From IMG/VR virus record IMGVR_UViG_3300009068_000043, positions 1 through 60,691 of that record: a stretch of 60,691 nt of DNA, one strand, 5' to 3'. Each line of letters starts with the position of its first letter. Position 1 is the stretch's first letter. The position numbers were made by a program, and so were the translations under genes. Below, one piece after another: positions 13,901-25,443 of the stretch. The notes under the pieces were generated by a model. It worked only from the letters and a program-made list of their open reading frames with translations, did not search any database and was not told the DNA's origin. The stretch comes from a virus (lineage: Duplodnaviria > Caudoviricetes).

Positions 13901-15229
13901 TACCCCGGCCACAAAGTAGGTCTGGCCCTGATAGCTGGTGGGAACAACATTACCTTCAAATGTGATCTGTAAGTTGTTGGTAAACACTACTCCGTTGGGA
14001 GAAGTATAAGTTTTCTTGCCAAGAATTTCAGTATCCACATTGATAGTTTCAGACAGAGTCTGATCTACCAATCTAATTTGCCCAAAAATATCTGGATTGG
14101 TACCATCTTGATACCATAACAGATCTTGAGTTGCAGTCAACAATGGTATTTGTTCAAAATATCCTGATGCGTTGAGATACCATTGTGTTGTGCTGTATTC
14201 AGTACCAAACATGATAGTAAACTTGTTTAGACTTGATACTGATAATACTGGTAATAATTGTATAGTTTGCCCTGCCCCAGTGGTCACATATTGTATTTGA
14301 TATATGTCAGTGGGAGCTGTGGTATTGTCAAATACAACAGTGCGATTCTGAAGATTAGTTATACCATCTATGCCAGTTGGATAGTTGGCAAAAAATGTTG
14401 ATACTAGAACATTGTTAATTTGATTGTAATCAATGTTGGTGATCAGATCAACTTGGCCAGCGGTGGGAGTAGTTGGAACCAGTGCGAGATTGTAATAGAA
14501 TTGTTGTGCATTTTTATAAGGTACACTAAAAGTAACAGTGCCCGATACAGTTCCGTTGTTGGTTACTCCCAGCACAGTTCTGGAACTGATGTTGGGTGCA
14601 TATGGCAATCTTCCATTCACACCAGGATCTGACTGTATCCAAAAAGCATTAGGTGATTGATTGACTGCAAACTCATAGGTGCCGCCACGCACCAGTGTGA
14701 GTACAGGATTCTCTCCGCCAATGCCAGAGAATTCATAACTGCTATTTGTTCTAGTGACATCAAATGTGGCTGTGGTTGGAATAGCAGTAGCACTTACTCC
14801 CACCTCCTGAGGACCACCAGGCAACCAATAATATTGACTGTAATTTGTAAACTTATCAAAGTTAATAAAAGGATCCCAAGTGTAATAATCACTGGTATAC
14901 AATCTTGAAGAATTATTAGTGAAACCGCCCTGGCGACCAATGGCATCAGTGATACCAGGATATGTCACGGCATCAGAAATGGTATTGGTATCAGGCACCA
15001 GGCTGATCACCCCTGGCTCTAGTTGATAGTTTGATCGTGTGGCAGTGGGTTCAATTACATAGTAATCGTTGGGATTTACTCCAGGGCCCACATGCCGACC
15101 AATAAATCCTTGTGTTTTTTTGAACTGGGGTTCCTGGACCAGTTGATCCAATGTGGCTGATAAAAACTGCTTGTTAGTGCTGGTCTGGAATATTGGTGGT
15201 AGAAAATCTACCGACTTTGTTGTGGCCAT
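1955..15229 (-). CDS. Giant (4424 aa) baseplate / virion structural protein with FG-GAP-like propeller repeats
   Basis: Single long ORF coupled to the gp6-like gene by a TAATG overlap at 15229. Contains repeated FG(Y/Q/A)S...VG(A/S)P motifs, three copies of a T(A)SIS..TMTV...G.G.GTY domain and W.P...Y..G..V motifs. Occupies the gp7-like position after gp6. Confidence 0.75.
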   Translation of the reverse strand: MATTKSVDFLPPIFQTSTNKQFLSATLDQLVQEPQFKKTQGFIGRHVGPGVNPNDYYVIEPTATRSNYQLEPGVISLVPDTNTISDAVTYPGITDAIGRQGGFTNNSSRLYTSDYYTWDPFINFDKFTNYSQYYWLPGGPQEVGVSATAIPTTATFDVTRTNSSYEFSGIGGENPVLTLVRGGTYEFAVNQSPNAFWIQSDPGVNGRLPYAPNISSRTVLGVTNNGTVSGTVTFSVPYKNAQQFYYNLALVPTTPTAGQVDLITNIDYNQINNVLVSTFFANYPTGIDGITNLQNRTVVFDNTTAPTDIYQIQYVTTGAGQTIQLLPVLSVSSLNKFTIMFGTEYSTTQWYLNASGYFEQIPLLTATQDLLWYQDGTNPDIFGQIRLVDQTLSETINVDTEILGKKTYTSPNGVVFTNNLQITFEGNVVPTSYQGQTYFVAGVGTAIQLLLVSDYVTPESVRTASIPWDFVPWDSSNWDGTLNQPLDPDYITIALDSPDLNAWTRSNRWFHIDVITAAATYNNTTAVLNNNFRAKRPIVEFRGGTRLYNMGTKAKQPINIIDLYQTDALSEVNGQTQYYVFEQGVPAYELQQGDRVIFARDTDPQVRDKIYVVNFISPASDELHDSTLHYPQPVIDLVPADDAQALIDQCVVCLNGNTLQGASFYYDGVQWIQAQRKTAVNQNPMFDVYNQKGYSLGDRAVYPSSTFSTTKNNLGTIVGGSPLFSYAVGPGTVADTVLGFPLRYLSLNNIGDIVFDNNLYVDTFIYVKDNVQQTENISIGHVRQYENRTVYVNELGWQPAVTKSQVYQQFSFTYTTTPITASISGTTMTVSQGPANGSLLIGQSLAGKGVTPGTQITGLLTGTGGVGTYTITPEQTVLSEIITATTPLVLDVAALPTGAVPSVKVYATSISQNYSILFLDPGKYTVTTTDNTTIIRFYPTTEILLGDIVEVLVLSDQVSAVGFYQVPINLENNPLNGNNPYFTLGTVRTHYDTIAQNLVNLTGAVNGANNTRDLGNIVPYGLSILQQSSPMTLAGYFLRKPDYDIFASLEYNSREYEKFKAQFLNTAAQGDYTDMTVPAILDAVFSEINIGRTSSNPFYWSDMLPTGTVYTQLQTTVTPITGQVFDLTQVYNYTSANYQALLVYLNDRLLTKNIEYVVSADAPVITILIPVAVGDVVTIQEYEATFGSYVPNTPTKMGLYPAYVPEIFLDETYVTPTFVIRGHDGSITRAFSDFRDALLLEFETRIYNNLKLDGNPVPLTSAEVIPGEFRTTDYSLTEIQNILNQDFLTWVGWNKLDYKTQDYIATNEFTWNYSTASNKLTRNPLFIGAWRGIYNYFYDTIYPATRPWELLGFSERPIWWETQYGAAPYTSGNLVLWGDLAAGLVRDPVAPYVRPEYVRPELLQVIPVDSEGTLLSPQQVVVGNFNRNDFRKSWVAGDDGPVENAWRTSSAYPFAIMRLLSLTRPAEFFSLFADRDLYRFNTDYDQYLYNNRYRLDANGVEVYGNGVSKASYINWIVDFNRVSGINSTTALTADLKNLDVRLCYRMASFTGKNLLEIYTEKSSPNSSNSSLLLPDASYNLLFYKNVPFAQLTYSSVIVQSTTNGWAVYGYNMSHPYFNILQSKINGNLATISAGSSTVRVPVTYTNNVIQIPYGYVFTNQTLLADFLLSYGALLQSQGLVFNTLENGYVLDWNQMVSEFLYWSNQGWDTGSIINLNPGATKLIVERAGAIVDSIAVQTAENMVLNADRTPFNARDLVIDRLDNTFTISSLTTETINFLNIKFTSYENMIVLDNVSIFADLIYDPITSARQSRVRLVGWTTTEWNGQLNAQGFILNQDNVEEWNPLKKYARGEIVKWKNTYYSAIDIVQPTAAFDINRWRVSNYTLIQQGLLPNLPNKSNQLANSYNIYTANLELSQDLFSYALIGWKPRQYMVNLELDSTSQVSLYQQFLGTKGTLRATDIFSFADIGHGPTQYQIYENWAILRGVYGANANRSFYELQLNEALLTANPSTIQVILPNESSLAEQTVLLNNIWKSSYKITSPNILTTSIQPIENSALPSAGYVNFDDVDITVFDISNTSELSANIDSINLGTTIWAAKINNYNWGIFRTSQLPGYLDSVTTNLDGTSVFTFTQSHSITTEGRLFIIRFFSDEVDGVYTVLRIPSINQLVAVFSFVNASQITATGDGIGFVLQTQRVSQASDVITLPYANSLIPGNKVWVDSNGLGLWQVLEKQLVFTSGAEITATVSETNSQFGYSIAQNKNNLYALVGNPAYNVGQGAVYTYVRTVFNPFGENSSLGINAVDTVGYGHAVSIGNQTWQAVGAPASNNNRGYVSTVYLVPETDTFSNSVVLTVPDPMDLAYPAEFGYSVVISQDEHWMYVGAPGINKVFAYGLVEVQLQTATYVTDGSSVNYNYSNFVVIDSQYPNQLTVVLNNQLLTEGIDYSLTSTNVVFNSAPPDNLILKINRRTSVNYTGDGTTQLFSLNDYLYTAVNIYSFGVLVNGVWQRPNIDFEFNSDNSTTGRDLIFFTAPADASTITVTAISYYTFVDTLEFTIQFTADISNSTMTVTSVPIGSPALTVGMILSGTDVAQGTRITAMVSGVGGVGTYLVTPGQTTASTSITARLPDDSRFGQSVSCTIDGRQILIGTPNAQTNDLLNAGAVYVYDRSAQNFVITNSAQTSYTVDGGVLVSPTFVALNNTFLLNTEDNIGGTFSVSGATVTVTAPLAVGDVLQIQPNTFNLLQIIPANTPSLSANFGAAVDICRYSCSLYTGAPQDSSILAQAGSVQRNVNQSRLYGTTTSRNPNPRLQPGQSIRINDQEVIMSEPTEWVNTVSWPIDSIVQNSLGIYRSTRLVPVGVAITDTSYWQQSSWVASLVNNINSSGIANVIARTGLLGTATFGLLTLSVKNVLAAETANRLTVLPGLIGNMFQRLGFNTYAYTQTITSPAPSIGAAFGASLNVDTSALTLTVGAPNGNLYRPNTFDQGTTYFDGRTTTFNGPLYQSGVVYTYDYLRSSADSVTDPGKFVFGQQIYDQRVRELDQFGTAVNYTNGKLLVGSPGSDIDDSTLSDLNYGRVAVFNNDTLTPAWVVIHEQLPVVDIALVNSVYSYSAKTGAKTTFFDFIDPLQGKILGAAAENINYTGAVDPAAYNVGPVNNFGRIWAEPHVGEIWWNTDSVRFIDPNQNNITYAARRWAQIFPGSTVEIYQWINSDVPPANYTGPGTPKDVFSYNVTNGINSIGVFATTYYFWVKGITTINTAVGKTLSTTGIATYIADPRSSGIPYVAFLNASATGIYNATNDISAQDTILSIEFDQELTSDNVHTQYSLIPQDRADGFLPDNLYLKFIDSLSGINSNGAVVPDTNLSIANRYGVQFRPRQSMFEDRFLALKNYFGRVNSVLAQYPITEIRSFVLLNSREPEPPANTGAWNKRVADIEELSYQNLAIVPVGYLYLVASDSRQNGLWTIYQVTASKTFATLALIRVQNYDTRRYWNYINWYLPGYNPSKLVIATVALYSDLSKLSVYQAPVGSSVRVTANSQNKWEIYLRVATNTWQRVGLQDGTIKISAELWDYQLGRFGFDVEVFDAQYFDQEPVIETRRIIQAINQELLVDELLIERNRALILMFNFALSEFEAPNWLSKTSLIDVDHTIRELVAFQTYRRDNQDFVLDYINEVKPYHVQIREFNLIYNGIDDYQGTLTDFDVPAFYDTDVIPNQFVSPILTPYTVSTAVGTGTPSDDSDVASDNLLWQSQPWSFWYQNYTLSVVGVAIADAGTGYTVPPIATITGDCVTPAALTVIVNSAGNISGVTIDNPGVGYTTTALITLSGGNGTGGQLVATMAGPGVGKNQNPTAANYGVTQYYNLVRSFNITMKYDRYQYVSTILDWQPNVAYINGTQVRYDNRVWTADSPPIVITASISSSVMSVTSIPNGSPALVTGMILTGTGVITDTKITGLLSGTGGIGTYTVSPAQSLSSTSITARSPAVESATFDPTYWLLVNAATLSGINRTMGLYVPTVNEPGLDLGLLIDGITYPGVQVSAPTFSQNTGFDVGNFDINPFDNIAFGPEGRPTYDPGILDTIYESRFLDPYLGIRPTDINVVGGEFVGPYESHAPQELVPGSEFDTMDFRVYTRQTTVYTGDGSTTGPYAAPTYSEEVEVTINNVVISPDQYTVDYGDSANAGVTFDTAPDVNDIIVILETNPVTGLELRIFQDMRDVQATYRITPNTTTTLVQPLFIDQDIIYVADAGALPQPNLANNIWGAITINGERIMYRVRDLNTNTVSSLLRGTAGTAATNHAVDSIVYNIGRDNLAPVEYQDRVVYTNTLADGSTETFTAPNIDLSAFTVDSTLNFAEQAILVYVAGIRVYTGYTVDSVAPATITFDTAPTDGYEVSIQVRQGFGWYQPADGEPSNGEALQVTQTLAARFFRDEY

Positions 15230-18200
15230 TAAATTACTCCACTGCCTGGTGCAGTTCTCAAGTTAGTGGAAGTCAATGAAGTGATAACTTCTACCGAGCT
15301 TACTCCGGCACCATTAACAAATATCTCGTTGGGTGCTGAATTTATTTCGTATAAATCTCCAAAATATTTCAATGGATCCAATGGTACCAACACCACGGAA
15401 CTAACAATGCCACCCATATTGCTGTGTACATAAGCTGCTAGTTCAGAGAAATAAAATGTATCTCCAAAATTCCATTTGTCAATGCTGAAATATTCATTTA
15501 GGTTAGCCACCACTAGTGTTTTGATTTCACTATCGCTGGCAGTTGAATTGGCAGCACGTATTACTTTGATAGTGCCACGTAAATTTTCAGCAGCCTTGGG
15601 ACCAAACAATGGTTTAAAGCTGACTGAATTTATTACTATGTTGTCTGATATCATTTTGTAGGCACCAAGTCCTTGATATGACGTACTGAGTTCGTTGATT
15701 GTGGGCACATCAGGTTTGATTACAGTATTTGTAGTATCTCTAATCCAGTTTTGATATGCTGTATAATAGGCCTGTGTGACCACATACAAATCAATGATGT
15801 TGGTGGTTCCTGGGTCAATGCGATCAGTCAGTGGAGCATTATGCCTGTATTGGAAATACATGCCTGAACGTCCTACTCTGGCCAACCATTCTGCTGTGAC
15901 ATCAACTAGACTTTTTGTCCCATTGGTGCTCAATGCCAATTGATAAAATGCACCAATTTGTCCAGCCAAGGGTCCCACTGTTATCACTTGTGAATATGCA
16001 TAAAACATCTGTCCTGTAACATATTCAGCTTTGACTGCCTCAATGTCGTCCATCATGGCATAGTCACTGTTTACCACACCTTGTGCTATTAACAAGTAGC
16101 GTTGTAGATTATCAAAATCCACAGTCTTTTGGAAAAATACATATTTTGTATTTGAATTAACATCTGGTGCCACGATCTCATTGAAGAAATCTGGATCATC
16201 AGTTACTCCATCATTGTTGCGATCTTCATAGCTCACAATCACTTGAAAATCGTCAACCAGGCCGTCAGACTCCACCGGCTGGCCAGTTATCTTGAGATAG
16301 ATGTCGCCAGGTTGTGGACTGTTTGAATCAGGTAAACTGTTGATTTTTAATACATTAATGAAATCGTTAATCACTGTTCCAAGTCTTGGATCATAGATGC
16401 GGTTATTGTTTTCAAAGAAGAATCTAGTTTGTAGTACCGATCCCCAGTTGTAAACCAAGGCACGACTGGTTATGTTGTAGTTTACTCCATCTGTTACAGC
16501 TTGTATCATCCATGAGGCATCTTGATTGGTGCCCGATGTGTTGCCTGCATATTCCAAACTAAACGTTGCATCAACAGCCAAGTTGTTAGATGTGATGAGA
16601 TACCATGTGTATGGTGTACCAGTAATTGACCCAGTGTTGTCATATCCTAGACCAAAATTTCTATACAACAAGATCTGTTGAGTAATTGCAGTGACCAAGC
16701 TAGTGGGGAAAACTGTAATCAACAAGGGGATTACAATTTCTGGTATAGCACCAGTAGGCACAAATACATTCAGCGCCACCGGTCCAATTCCGTCAGCAAA
16801 GTTTCCTTGTCCTTGATTGGTGCCATCGGCATAAATGCTTAACGGGCTGGCCCAGAAATATAAACGTTCGTCGGCCAGGGTGGGTATGCCTAGTTTAAGA
16901 CGATTGGTTGAATCAAAGAAATAGCCCGCAGGTGCTGCAAATTTGATCAAACTACCCACTGTGATAAATTTTGCATTGTTACTGGTAAAAGGACCCACTG
17001 GTGCTGGTCCGAACTGATTTTCAAAATATCCAGTGGTCTCATTGGCCAATGTGGTACTTTGATGCCATGTTAGATTCAACACAGCCAAACTGGGTCTGAG
17101 AAAATTAGCATAATAAAATTGCACAAATGCATTGGTTGACAACAAAGGCTGCATCTGATTGGTAATCACATTGGCTATGTCGTTGTTTGTGAGCCAAGTG
17201 AATAAAAATGTAGGCAGCAGATTTTCTTCCCATATGGCACCGTCGGATGCAAAAATATTTGTTGAACTGTATTTGCCAGTGTTGTCCACCAGATCAAGAT
17301 ATCGACTAGTACCAATACTGGCACGATTTAATGCATAGCTTTTGATAATTGAATTGTATTCAGTAAACGGGAAGTTGGTGTAATCTTCACCATTGACCAT
17401 TCGATTCTGTGTGTAGTATCTGGCAGGAGCACGTTGTTTGATTTCGTCCAGGGTTTCTCTAGCCTGAGCATTACTCACTGGTGTTGTGATACCACAAGTG
17501 AATGTGATAGTTTCTAACTGCCCCGATCTGCTGATGTAGCTGATAGGTAACACAACACTTTGCATCTCTTCAGGATTGATAATGTACTGCAATCCGTTTG
17601 AGGCACGAACATACGCACGGAATAGGCCTGTGGGGATAGCTGAAAATACACCATCGCCAAAGGTCAATGTAATCTGGTCATTGGCCCTGGACGTGACTGA
17701 AAATAAACTGCGTTGATCAGGGGCCAACTGTTCTGCTGCTGCTGCATATACTGATTGTACATACTGCCATTGTTTTGTGACTGTGCCAGTATTGTCCAGC
17801 TGAAATAACCAACGATCTTCATTGTTCACGCCTTCGATATTGATATTCACTGTGCGGTTAGGAATACGTTCAGCTAGGTTAAAATCTTGATTCTGCAACA
17901 CACCTTGTTTGAAATAAAAAAAGTATCCTGTGTTGGCTGCTGCATATCCCAATGAGTCATTGCGAAACAACATGTTAAAAATGCCATTGGGCTGTGGTGC
18001 TGGTTCAAAGATAAATGGTGATGTTTTTGGTGTACCTGCTGATGTGGCATTCACTGCTTCAAACGGCATATTCACACCGTCCACTGTGGCTGTGTAGGGC
18101 AACACTGGCAAAAATCCAGGTACCAAGTTGATTGAATATTCAGATGTGTCCACGCCCACAATGGTTTCGCGATTGCCCGGGCGACCTACTCTTTGTGTAT

Positions 18201-18696
18201 CTACCAAGGCAGAATTCACAATAGCAGTGAATTGCTCTAGCCAATTGAAGTTGGTGGGATCATTCCAGTTGATTGTGACATTGGCTAGATTTATACCATT
18301 GAAATCTGTAACGTTTTCAGTGGTCTGAACAGAAAATACTTTGAGATATCCACTGGCAGCAGTGTTTCGTTTAGGGGTATAGCTTACCAAGTTGGCTAGA
18401 CGAACAACACTATCTCTACGTTCAGCTGTGTCTATGTAATTTTCTCTGGTGTTGAGATCATTACGAAAACTCATGGCCTGACCCATGAATGCTATTACAT
18501 CTAACAGTGCAATAAATTCCGAACTTTCAATGTAATCATTGAACGTTTCTGGATAGTACTGGCGTAGATAATCTACAAAACTTTTGCGTAATGCTTCAAA
18601 GTCGTAACTTTGGAAATCCGCTTCTCTGTAGGTTTGGTAGATGCGTTTCCAATCTTCTACTCCGAATATAACTGTTTGTCTAGTAGTGGTTGCCAT
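15229..18696 (-). CDS. gp6: Baseplate wedge subunit, T4 gp6-like
   Basis: N-terminal [55 protein letters not shown], internal TFGDG and [16 protein letters not shown]; follows gp25. Confidence 0.85.
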   Translation of the reverse strand: MATTTRQTVIFGVEDWKRIYQTYREADFQSYDFEALRKSFVDYLRQYYPETFNDYIESSEFIALLDVIAFMGQAMSFRNDLNTRENYIDTAERRDSVVRLANLVSYTPKRNTAASGYLKVFSVQTTENVTDFNGINLANVTINWNDPTNFNWLEQFTAIVNSALVDTQRVGRPGNRETIVGVDTSEYSINLVPGFLPVLPYTATVDGVNMPFEAVNATSAGTPKTSPFIFEPAPQPNGIFNMLFRNDSLGYAAANTGYFFYFKQGVLQNQDFNLAERIPNRTVNINIEGVNNEDRWLFQLDNTGTVTKQWQYVQSVYAAAAEQLAPDQRSLFSVTSRANDQITLTFGDGVFSAIPTGLFRAYVRASNGLQYIINPEEMQSVVLPISYISRSGQLETITFTCGITTPVSNAQARETLDEIKQRAPARYYTQNRMVNGEDYTNFPFTEYNSIIKSYALNRASIGTSRYLDLVDNTGKYSSTNIFASDGAIWEENLLPTFLFTWLTNNDIANVITNQMQPLLSTNAFVQFYYANFLRPSLAVLNLTWHQSTTLANETTGYFENQFGPAPVGPFTSNNAKFITVGSLIKFAAPAGYFFDSTNRLKLGIPTLADERLYFWASPLSIYADGTNQGQGNFADGIGPVALNVFVPTGAIPEIVIPLLITVFPTSLVTAITQQILLYRNFGLGYDNTGSITGTPYTWYLITSNNLAVDATFSLEYAGNTSGTNQDASWMIQAVTDGVNYNITSRALVYNWGSVLQTRFFFENNNRIYDPRLGTVINDFINVLKINSLPDSNSPQPGDIYLKITGQPVESDGLVDDFQVIVSYEDRNNDGVTDDPDFFNEIVAPDVNSNTKYVFFQKTVDFDNLQRYLLIAQGVVNSDYAMMDDIEAVKAEYVTGQMFYAYSQVITVGPLAGQIGAFYQLALSTNGTKSLVDVTAEWLARVGRSGMYFQYRHNAPLTDRIDPGTTNIIDLYVVTQAYYTAYQNWIRDTTNTVIKPDVPTINELSTSYQGLGAYKMISDNIVINSVSFKPLFGPKAAENLRGTIKVIRAANSTASDSEIKTLVVANLNEYFSIDKWNFGDTFYFSELAAYVHSNMGGIVSSVVLVPLDPLKYFGDLYEINSAPNEIFVNGAGVSSVEVITSLTSTNLRTAPGSGVI

Positions 18697-18716
18697 GATC
18701 GTCCGTTGTTATTTGT

Positions 18717-18722
18717 TATTTA
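18717..18722 (-). promoter_or_regulatory. Late promoter motif TAAATA
   Basis: Intergenic TATTTA upstream of the gp6-like start. Confidence 0.6.
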
Positions 18723-18744
18723 TTAAATATATAAACGGCTATGT

Positions 18745-19119
18745 TTATACAAAAGTAGCTCTACGTTGTTGCTGATCAAAGAACACACTCAGCAATTGAG
18801 AATCTGTATTAGGAACAAACTGCACTTCGATCTCAATCAACACACCGTTATCTCGTGGAAATAAATTTATATCAGCAATGTATATTCTAGGATCGCCGCC
18901 GGCCACACGTTGCACTTCTCGCAAGATAGCAGCCATAGTGGTTTGATCTTGATTTTCAAACAAGAAATCCCACAATATAGTACCATAGGCAGGGCGGCCG
19001 GGCAATTGGCCTTGCAAAATATTAAATGCATTTAGGAGATCGCGCTTGATTAACTCTTGGTCTACCAAGGTAAACTTCTTGTATTGATTTTGTGTGTTGA
19101 ATCCAATGAATGTAGGCAT
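18745..19119 (-). CDS. gp25: Baseplate wedge subunit, gp25/GpW-like
   Basis: 124 aa; LIKRDLLN..GQLPGRPAYGTILWDFLFE..DPRI pattern; directly upstream of gp6. Confidence 0.85.
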   Translation of the reverse strand: MPTFIGFNTQNQYKKFTLVDQELIKRDLLNAFNILQGQLPGRPAYGTILWDFLFENQDQTTMAAILREVQRVAGGDPRIYIADINLFPRDNGVLIEIEVQFVPNTDSQLLSVFFDQQQRRATFV

Positions 19120-19124
19120 GTTTA

Positions 19125-19130
19125 TATTTA
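19125..19130 (-). promoter_or_regulatory. Late promoter motif TAAATA
   Basis: 5 nt upstream of the gp25 ATG, no Shine-Dalgarno in between. Confidence 0.65.
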
Positions 19131-19152
19131 TCCACAGGATTACGGAGCAAAT

Positions 19153-20268
19153 TTACGCAGCAGGTACAAAATTAGGAACAGGTATTTTACTATTGCCAAT
19201 GATGGCCGACACTGCTTGATTTACAGTTTGTCTATTCACTGTGTTTATAACAGCAGTGGGTGTGACAGTGCCTGCTTCAAGTGGGTTACCACCGCCGGCT
19301 AAAAAAGAACTATCAAGCGAAAATACCTGGGCAAATTGTGCAGATTGAGCAAATCCATCTATAACTGATGACACATCCGGTACTGCTCCCAACCCACCAA
19401 TGCCACCACCTGACAACAAGCTGCCTACTCCACTACTGGATAACAAGCTGTTGACGTTACTGCCCAATCCACTGGTTAATGCACCGGTGATACCAGATGC
19501 TCCGGTTGCACTAGATAACCATTTGGTTGCAGTTTCTGAACCAAATTTGGTAGCTACATTCACTAACGGACCTAGTTGTGTTGCTGATTCTAATCCGGTG
19601 ATAGTACCTAGTTGTTTAAGTTGAGCAAAGTTTGTGTTCATTAATCCTTGCTGAACTGACGTTTGCAAACTGCTGCTACTCAGCACTGAAGCTAGATCTG
19701 TGGCTCCCGATTTGCCAGTCCAGCTGGTAGGGCTGGATAGTATGCTGGTAAATTTAGATGGATCCAGGTTGATCTGCTCAGCAAGTCCTGGTTTAATTAA
19801 TCCTGCTGATTGCAGTTGATCAGCATTTAATCCAAATTGCCCCAGCCCTTTGGTATTGGTAATTACATCTGCGGCTTGATTCACTGATGCAGCAGTCTGG
19901 GCCACTAGCCCTTGTATCTGTGCGGAGCCAATGGATCCAATGGCTTGTGATGTTGTTTTGGTATCAACAAAGTTGCTGACAGTGATAGCGTTAGGCACTG
20001 GTAATCCAGTCAAATTTGGCAAATTGATATAATTGCCTATTTGTTTTGTTAGCTTGATTGCTTGAGGACCCAGCTGTGCCAGTGCAGAACTTAGCCCACC
20101 GGCAGCTTGTGTAACTGCATTCACAAGACCGCCCACTGGTAATCCTGTAAGCCCACCTGTGGAAATTTGTTGATCAAATACTGCTTTTGCTTGTGCAAAC
20201 GTAGCAGTGGATGGTCCTTGAATTTCATAAACTTCTCCATTGGGTCCAGTAAATGTAAAATTGCTCAT
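19153..20268 (-). CDS. Baseplate-associated protein, possibly with a lysozyme-like segment
   Basis: 371 aa, Gly/Ser/Ala-rich; GLGQFGLNADQLQSAGLIKPG...WTGKSG segment; between gp5 and gp25, with an ATGA overlap with gp5. Confidence 0.45.
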   Translation of the reverse strand: MSNFTFTGPNGEVYEIQGPSTATFAQAKAVFDQQISTGGLTGLPVGGLVNAVTQAAGGLSSALAQLGPQAIKLTKQIGNYINLPNLTGLPVPNAITVSNFVDTKTTSQAIGSIGSAQIQGLVAQTAASVNQAADVITNTKGLGQFGLNADQLQSAGLIKPGLAEQINLDPSKFTSILSSPTSWTGKSGATDLASVLSSSSLQTSVQQGLMNTNFAQLKQLGTITGLESATQLGPLVNVATKFGSETATKWLSSATGASGITGALTSGLGSNVNSLLSSSGVGSLLSGGGIGGLGAVPDVSSVIDGFAQSAQFAQVFSLDSSFLAGGGNPLEAGTVTPTAVINTVNRQTVNQAVSAIIGNSKIPVPNFVPAA

Positions 20269-21779
20269 GATTTTCTTACTATGCTGTAATTAGTTGCAAC
20301 TGGTTTTGCTGCTGGCGGTGGGGAAGGAGAACCAGTGCCACCAAGATTTACATTCACTGCCACACCCTTGTTGTGATATGGATATGGCTCGTGGGTAGGA
20401 GCACGGGTAACAATACTTTCTAAAGAGTTGGGTTTTACTTTCCACCCAGTTGAATTATCAAACACAGTGTCATCCAATGTGGTTTTGGGATACAATCTAG
20501 GTGTCTTGACTGAAGTTGGTGCTGATCCATTGAGATCTATTCTTGATCCTTTGAATCTCAACGAAGCACCAGCAAATGATCCCACCAGTTTGCTTTGCAA
20601 TGCCAGTGCCCCGTCGGCTTTGATACCCACAGTTGCTTGTCCATATAAAACCATCTCGCCTTGACTGGCTATGTTCATGGTGCCTACTGATCCAATGTTG
20701 GTAGCAGCATTGGATTTCATGCTGATATTGCCACCAGCATACATGTTGATATCTTTGTCAGCATGCAAATTGATAGTGCCCTGTGTACGAACATTTACGG
20801 AATTGGTTGAAAATACATCAACTGTACCTTCTTGTCCAAACTCTATCCAGGTCTGTCCATTAGCATGAATAATTTGAAAAAAGTTTTCTGAATCATTCAT
20901 CATGATCTGATGACCTTTGGATGTTCTCAATCTAAACAAGGCATTTTTGTTTTCTAAGTCGCCATCGTCCATTACCAAAGTATGCCCGCCTTTGCGTCCA
21001 ATCACTGTGACATCTTGCGGGTTAATTGCACCTGTACTGAGTTGTTTGCGTATGGTAGCAGGATCTAAGCCACCTTGATAGATCGGTTGTCCTGGCGTAG
21101 ATATTCCATATACTGTGCTTGGACTTTCCCGTTGTGCGTTGGATATGATAGGCCCACGTTCAGGATCTCTATCCAGTCCTTGTTGGAAAAAGATAGCAGC
21201 TTGATAACTGTGAACAGGTTTAGGTTGTTCAAAGAATCGTGGGTTCTGATCAACCTGTTTGTTGGCGCTGTTGATTTCAGTAACTGGCAATTGTGGTGCA
21301 TTGACAAAATATGCGGTCTGAGTTTCGTTTTGGGTGACATATTGATTTTGTGTGGCCGCTCCAATAGCTGGTAGCATATGATTTAAACTGTCATCAATCA
21401 CACTGCCAATGTAATATCCTTTGTCAGGATCACCTTCAACAAAAAAACACATGACCAATATTCCAATGTCCGGGGGAGTAAACCACATGCCATAGCTTTG
21501 TTGATTGCCCGGATATGATCCTGCATCTGCACTGGTGCTGGTTTTTTCTGTCACACCATAAAATGGTGGCAAGTATCTTACCCACCTCCATGTTTCAGGA
21601 TTGGTACTGGGCTGCCCAGTAGCAAATTGTTCGATAAACACTTGGACCCTACCTGTACGGGTGCTGTCAACGTTACTTACAATACGACCAATGAACGGAC
21701 CCATTTCCGCTGGTGTGCTGCCGCGATCAAACTTGAAATTCTTTGTTCTTCCTGCTGCTTGATTAAGATTGTCTGCCAT
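20265..21779 (-). CDS. gp5: Baseplate hub spike, gp5/VgrG-like OB-fold plus beta-helix
   Basis: GRIVSNVDSTRTGRVQVFI..W..Y..P..PPDIGILVMCFFVEGDPDKGYYIG (gp5 OB fold), GGHTLVMDD / RTSKGHQIMMND and short beta-repeat region. Confidence 0.8.
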   Translation of the reverse strand: MADNLNQAAGRTKNFKFDRGSTPAEMGPFIGRIVSNVDSTRTGRVQVFIEQFATGQPSTNPETWRWVRYLPPFYGVTEKTSTSADAGSYPGNQQSYGMWFTPPDIGILVMCFFVEGDPDKGYYIGSVIDDSLNHMLPAIGAATQNQYVTQNETQTAYFVNAPQLPVTEINSANKQVDQNPRFFEQPKPVHSYQAAIFFQQGLDRDPERGPIISNAQRESPSTVYGISTPGQPIYQGGLDPATIRKQLSTGAINPQDVTVIGRKGGHTLVMDDGDLENKNALFRLRTSKGHQIMMNDSENFFQIIHANGQTWIEFGQEGTVDVFSTNSVNVRTQGTINLHADKDINMYAGGNISMKSNAATNIGSVGTMNIASQGEMVLYGQATVGIKADGALALQSKLVGSFAGASLRFKGSRIDLNGSAPTSVKTPRLYPKTTLDDTVFDNSTGWKVKPNSLESIVTRAPTHEPYPYHNKGVAVNVNLGGTGSPSPPPAAKPVATNYSIVRKS

Positions 21780-21794
21780 TATAAAATAGTTCCT

Positions 21795-23513
21795 TTATCG
21801 GGGTCCGCCTTGATCGTCATTCACAATACCTTGTGTTGGGGTTGGAGCAGCAGTTGGTGATAAATCTAGGCCATCAAACCCAGCGGTGGGATTTCCTCGT
21901 AGAGTAGGTGGCGGTTGAAATTCTGTATTTGACTCTGCACCGTCAATACTAGGAGGTTTTGCCGGCAGTAATTCTGCATTGTTGACAGATGTGATTGAAT
22001 TGGCTGCAATTGATGAAGATACACGGGCTGCATCTGCTGCTTGTGCTGGATCTTGTACATTATTGATACTGGCCACCGAGGCACCAGCCAGCAGTGGAGT
22101 TGTCGGAACTGAGGCAGCGGCTGTGGCCATTGCAGTTTCGCCAGGCTTGCCAGTGACCGTGGTTCGTACCGGTGGATCGGTATTTCTGCCAGTGTCAGCT
22201 TTGGCCACAGTGTTCTTGGCTGGTTGTTGTAACCATGTACCATTTAACTGTTGACTAAATTTACCTTTGCTGAATATGCTTTTAACACTTATGGCTTGAT
22301 ACGATATTGCTTGCTGCGCAATACCGGCCACACCAGCAGTGCGGTTGGCTCCAAAGTTGTTTTGTCCAGGATCCATCAATCCAGTTGTGGGGTTGTAGTC
22401 TGTTGGTTGGTTCCAGGCAAACTCAAAATATGCTGCGCTGGCAGTGGTATTGATGCTGCCATCGGCAAAAAATGGAGATGAACTAAATTGTCCCGGTTGT
22501 ATATTAGTAGGTGGCGGAATCCAAGCCGGATCTCCTAATATATGCAAGGCAATTGTTGAGGTATCTGTAGTGTACAAGTAATCAGCAGCATTTGCACCAG
22601 GTTCAAATGTTTTGCCATCACCACCTTGTGTAGCTTGATTACTAGCTGGCATGTATCTTTTTTTCCATTGCTCTCTGCTGTTGACTTGACTTTGAATGGA
22701 TTCATTACCACGTCTAATAGATACGTCATTGGTCAATGCCTGTGTCCATGCATTGTTATAATTTTGTTCAAACTGCGTTACTTGAGAATTTTGCCCTGTG
22801 AACCAATAGTTATAAACTTTATGTACACCTCTAAAAGATCCATTATCAAAGTATTCGCTCAGTACCGGAACTTGATATGGTGCTATGATGTATGTCATTC
22901 GATATGCAAAGTCGTTTTGCTTGGGGTCATACTCCAGTTGCTCTGCTTGACAAGATATATTAAACCATGCAAAATTTTGTGCAGGTTTTCCGTTGTAATC
23001 CCATTCATTTGTTTTTGAATTCCATATTACTTTTTGTTGATCTGTGATGTAACTGCTATTACGTAACACTGTGTCAATAAACTGTAGTATCTGTTGGCCA
23101 GCAGTGGCCGATCGCTGTCTTACCGTTGGGCTCATGTTTTGTTTTTCACCCAACAGTTTATCAGCAGCAGTGGCCTGTAGAGACCCGCCGGCAAAACTTT
23201 TATCCAATGGGCCCGGTGGCACCACGCTGGCATTGCTCAACAACGGATCAGCAAATTTGATTTCGTATATGTCAGGAATAAATCCTTTAGATTTGGAAAT
23301 GCCTCCCCAAAAAGCATTGAGTGCTGCTATCAACCCAGTCCCTACTTGAGTGGCTCCAGGTTTTGGTGCAGCGTTGGCTTTGGCTGGTGCAAGAGCAGCG
23401 CCAGCTATTGCGGCATCGCCGGGATTGCCGCCGCGTCGTGGTGCCAGAGCGGCTGCGGCTATTGTGGCGTCACCAGGATTGCCACCAAGTCGTGGTGCTG
23501 AGTTAGTTGCCAT
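21795..23513 (-). CDS. Baseplate hub protein (gp27/GpD-like), C-terminal part
   Basis: LHILGDPAWI and YQAISVKSIFSKGKFSQQLNG resemble the hub C-terminal barrel; directly upstream of gp5. Confidence 0.55.
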   Translation of the reverse strand: MATNSAPRLGGNPGDATIAAAALAPRRGGNPGDAAIAGAALAPAKANAAPKPGATQVGTGLIAALNAFWGGISKSKGFIPDIYEIKFADPLLSNASVVPPGPLDKSFAGGSLQATAADKLLGEKQNMSPTVRQRSATAGQQILQFIDTVLRNSSYITDQQKVIWNSKTNEWDYNGKPAQNFAWFNISCQAEQLEYDPKQNDFAYRMTYIIAPYQVPVLSEYFDNGSFRGVHKVYNYWFTGQNSQVTQFEQNYNNAWTQALTNDVSIRRGNESIQSQVNSREQWKKRYMPASNQATQGGDGKTFEPGANAADYLYTTDTSTIALHILGDPAWIPPPTNIQPGQFSSSPFFADGSINTTASAAYFEFAWNQPTDYNPTTGLMDPGQNNFGANRTAGVAGIAQQAISYQAISVKSIFSKGKFSQQLNGTWLQQPAKNTVAKADTGRNTDPPVRTTVTGKPGETAMATAAASVPTTPLLAGASVASINNVQDPAQAADAARVSSSIAANSITSVNNAELLPAKPPSIDGAESNTEFQPPPTLRGNPTAGFDGLDLSPTAAPTPTQGIVNDDQGGPR

Positions 23514-23514
23514 A

Positions 23515-25140
23515 TTATCCTTCTCCCTGCCCGTTGTTGCCGGCGGCTGCTAACACTGCTTGTGCCCGTTGTGTAGGATCTTGTGTGTTATTACTGCCCG
23601 GCGGCGAGGTTTGTATAGGCACATTGTTTCTAGTTTGGTCTCCAGCTGCTTGGCTGGCTGTTTGTTGTACCACAGTTCCGACCAGAATTTCTTTGACTGT
23701 GGTCCCCTGGAATTGAAAGTTTTGAGGAATACTTCCTCTGTTGGTACTGAACGCAGTGGCGGTTGATGGAACCACGCCCGAAACTCTATACTCAACCAGC
23801 TTGTTAGATACTTTGAATTCAATGTTACTGATATTAAAAGCAATAAATTTTTCCACTGCTGCTTGGCTGTCAGTTACTCCAGTTCTACGGCCAATTGGCT
23901 GTACTAAATTTCCGTCAACGTCGTACCCGTAAAATCTTATCACCATCACATACACGGCAGCAGAGTAAGCTGGATCAACACCAGGTTTGACAATATTTTT
24001 CTTTTTGTACAAGTCAGCTACTGCACGGTACAAGTTATCCAACAAAGTAATACCATTGGGTTCTGTTATGGTAAAGGTAAGATCGCCGAATGTGGCTGCT
24101 CCTCCAGCTGCTGTTGATCCGCCATAGGATAAATTAAATTCAAGATTGTCAATGTAGTAATCCAGTGGAAAAAATGGACTACGCCCATATCCTGCTGTTC
24201 TGGATGTTTGTGCAGTGAGTTGTGGATCAACTGTTTGATTTGGGGCAGCAGGAACTTGATTGTTGATTGGTGCTCCACCACTTTGTACCAGGAGATAATA
24301 TCCTTCAAGATTTCTCTTTGGAGATTTGATCAATTTGTTGTATGTGGCAGGATCTACCAGGTACCAGCTGAGACTGTATGTGTAGCTGGCATAAAAATCC
24401 AAGATGTTGCCTTGCGAGATAATAGCATTGGCTGCTCCGCCGTACAGTTCATCCAGTCTATTTCTCACAGCATTGGTTGCGGGTTGTGCAGCATCTTCAT
24501 CACGAGCACCCACGCCACTTTGTGTGGCATTGTTCACTGGAGCATTGGTGGGTAATGCCCCTTGAGTTTGTAATTGATCAAATTCTGCTCGCTGTCGCGG
24601 GTCCAAGAATGTGTTTGGATCAGGTGTCCCTGATGTTTGTAGTTGTGCTCTTTGATCTGGATCTAAAAATGGAGGATCTGACAACGCACCCGACGGAACC
24701 GGTGACGGTATAGCTTGGCTACTGGCCAATGATATTGTGCCTGCATTAGTCCCAAACTCACTGTTGCTGGTGATTGGTACCGTGGCGTTGGTATCTATGT
24801 TAGGAACTGCTGGCTCTATCCGACCAACAGGTTTTTCTACCAACTGTTGTGCTGCGCCGCTGCTGGTATTGGCATTATCATCACGTGCTCCTTGTGCCAC
24901 GGCTGCAACATCACCGGCACTGCTTGGAGGAGCGTTGGCTTGTGTTTGCAAAGTGGCCTGTTCCCCTTGCAAGGTAACAAGTCTTTGTTGTTGTTGTGCT
25001 AGGTTACGCTGAGCCGAGGCTCTTTGCAATGGCGTAATATTTGGATCTTGTAATCTTTCTTCATACGCACGTACACTGTCTTGAGTATACTCAATATCCA
25101 ATTTCACCCGTAAAAGTTCGCTTTGAATAAATGATGACAT
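23515..25140 (-). CDS. Baseplate hub protein, N-terminal part
   Basis: NILDFYASYTYSLSW, DYYIDNLEF, LTFTITEPNGITLLDNL and IRFYGYD motifs after a coiled-coil/low-complexity N-terminus; follows the gp53-like gene. Confidence 0.5.
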   Translation of the reverse strand: MSSFIQSELLRVKLDIEYTQDSVRAYEERLQDPNITPLQRASAQRNLAQQQQRLVTLQGEQATLQTQANAPPSSAGDVAAVAQGARDDNANTSSGAAQQLVEKPVGRIEPAVPNIDTNATVPITSNSEFGTNAGTISLASSQAIPSPVPSGALSDPPFLDPDQRAQLQTSGTPDPNTFLDPRQRAEFDQLQTQGALPTNAPVNNATQSGVGARDEDAAQPATNAVRNRLDELYGGAANAIISQGNILDFYASYTYSLSWYLVDPATYNKLIKSPKRNLEGYYLLVQSGGAPINNQVPAAPNQTVDPQLTAQTSRTAGYGRSPFFPLDYYIDNLEFNLSYGGSTAAGGAATFGDLTFTITEPNGITLLDNLYRAVADLYKKKNIVKPGVDPAYSAAVYVMVIRFYGYDVDGNLVQPIGRRTGVTDSQAAVEKFIAFNISNIEFKVSNKLVEYRVSGVVPSTATAFSTNRGSIPQNFQFQGTTVKEILVGTVVQQTASQAAGDQTRNNVPIQTSPPGSNNTQDPTQRAQAVLAAAGNNGQGEG

Positions 25141-25143
25141 TGA

Positions 25144-25443
25144 TTAAAATCCTAATACGCCGCGCAGTGTGGTTATTTTGGGTAGATAAATTTGCACCCC
25201 TGCTTTAAAATCCAATGGAGGTGCTGCCAGTGTGTTTGGGTTTCGTTGATAGAACACCCACCAAAGGCTGGCATTATCATACAAGTCCAGGGCCAACAGG
25301 TCAGGTCTATATTGATAAGTTTGATTGATTTGCATCAGCCGATCATCACTTTCTTTGGGTATGGCACGATTGGTCATCACATCCAAGAAAAATTGACTAT
25401 ATCCTGTGGTATAGTAAGCACTGGTTGAATCGTACGTGGCCAT
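25144..25443 (-). CDS. gp53: Baseplate wedge protein, gp53/LysM-like
   Basis: 99 aa with YQYRPDLLALDLYDNASLWWVF..N...G..IYLP, the gp53/LysM-type signature. Confidence 0.75.
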   Translation of the reverse strand: MATYDSTSAYYTTGYSQFFLDVMTNRAIPKESDDRLMQINQTYQYRPDLLALDLYDNASLWWVFYQRNPNTLAAPPLDFKAGVQIYLPKITTLRGVLGF

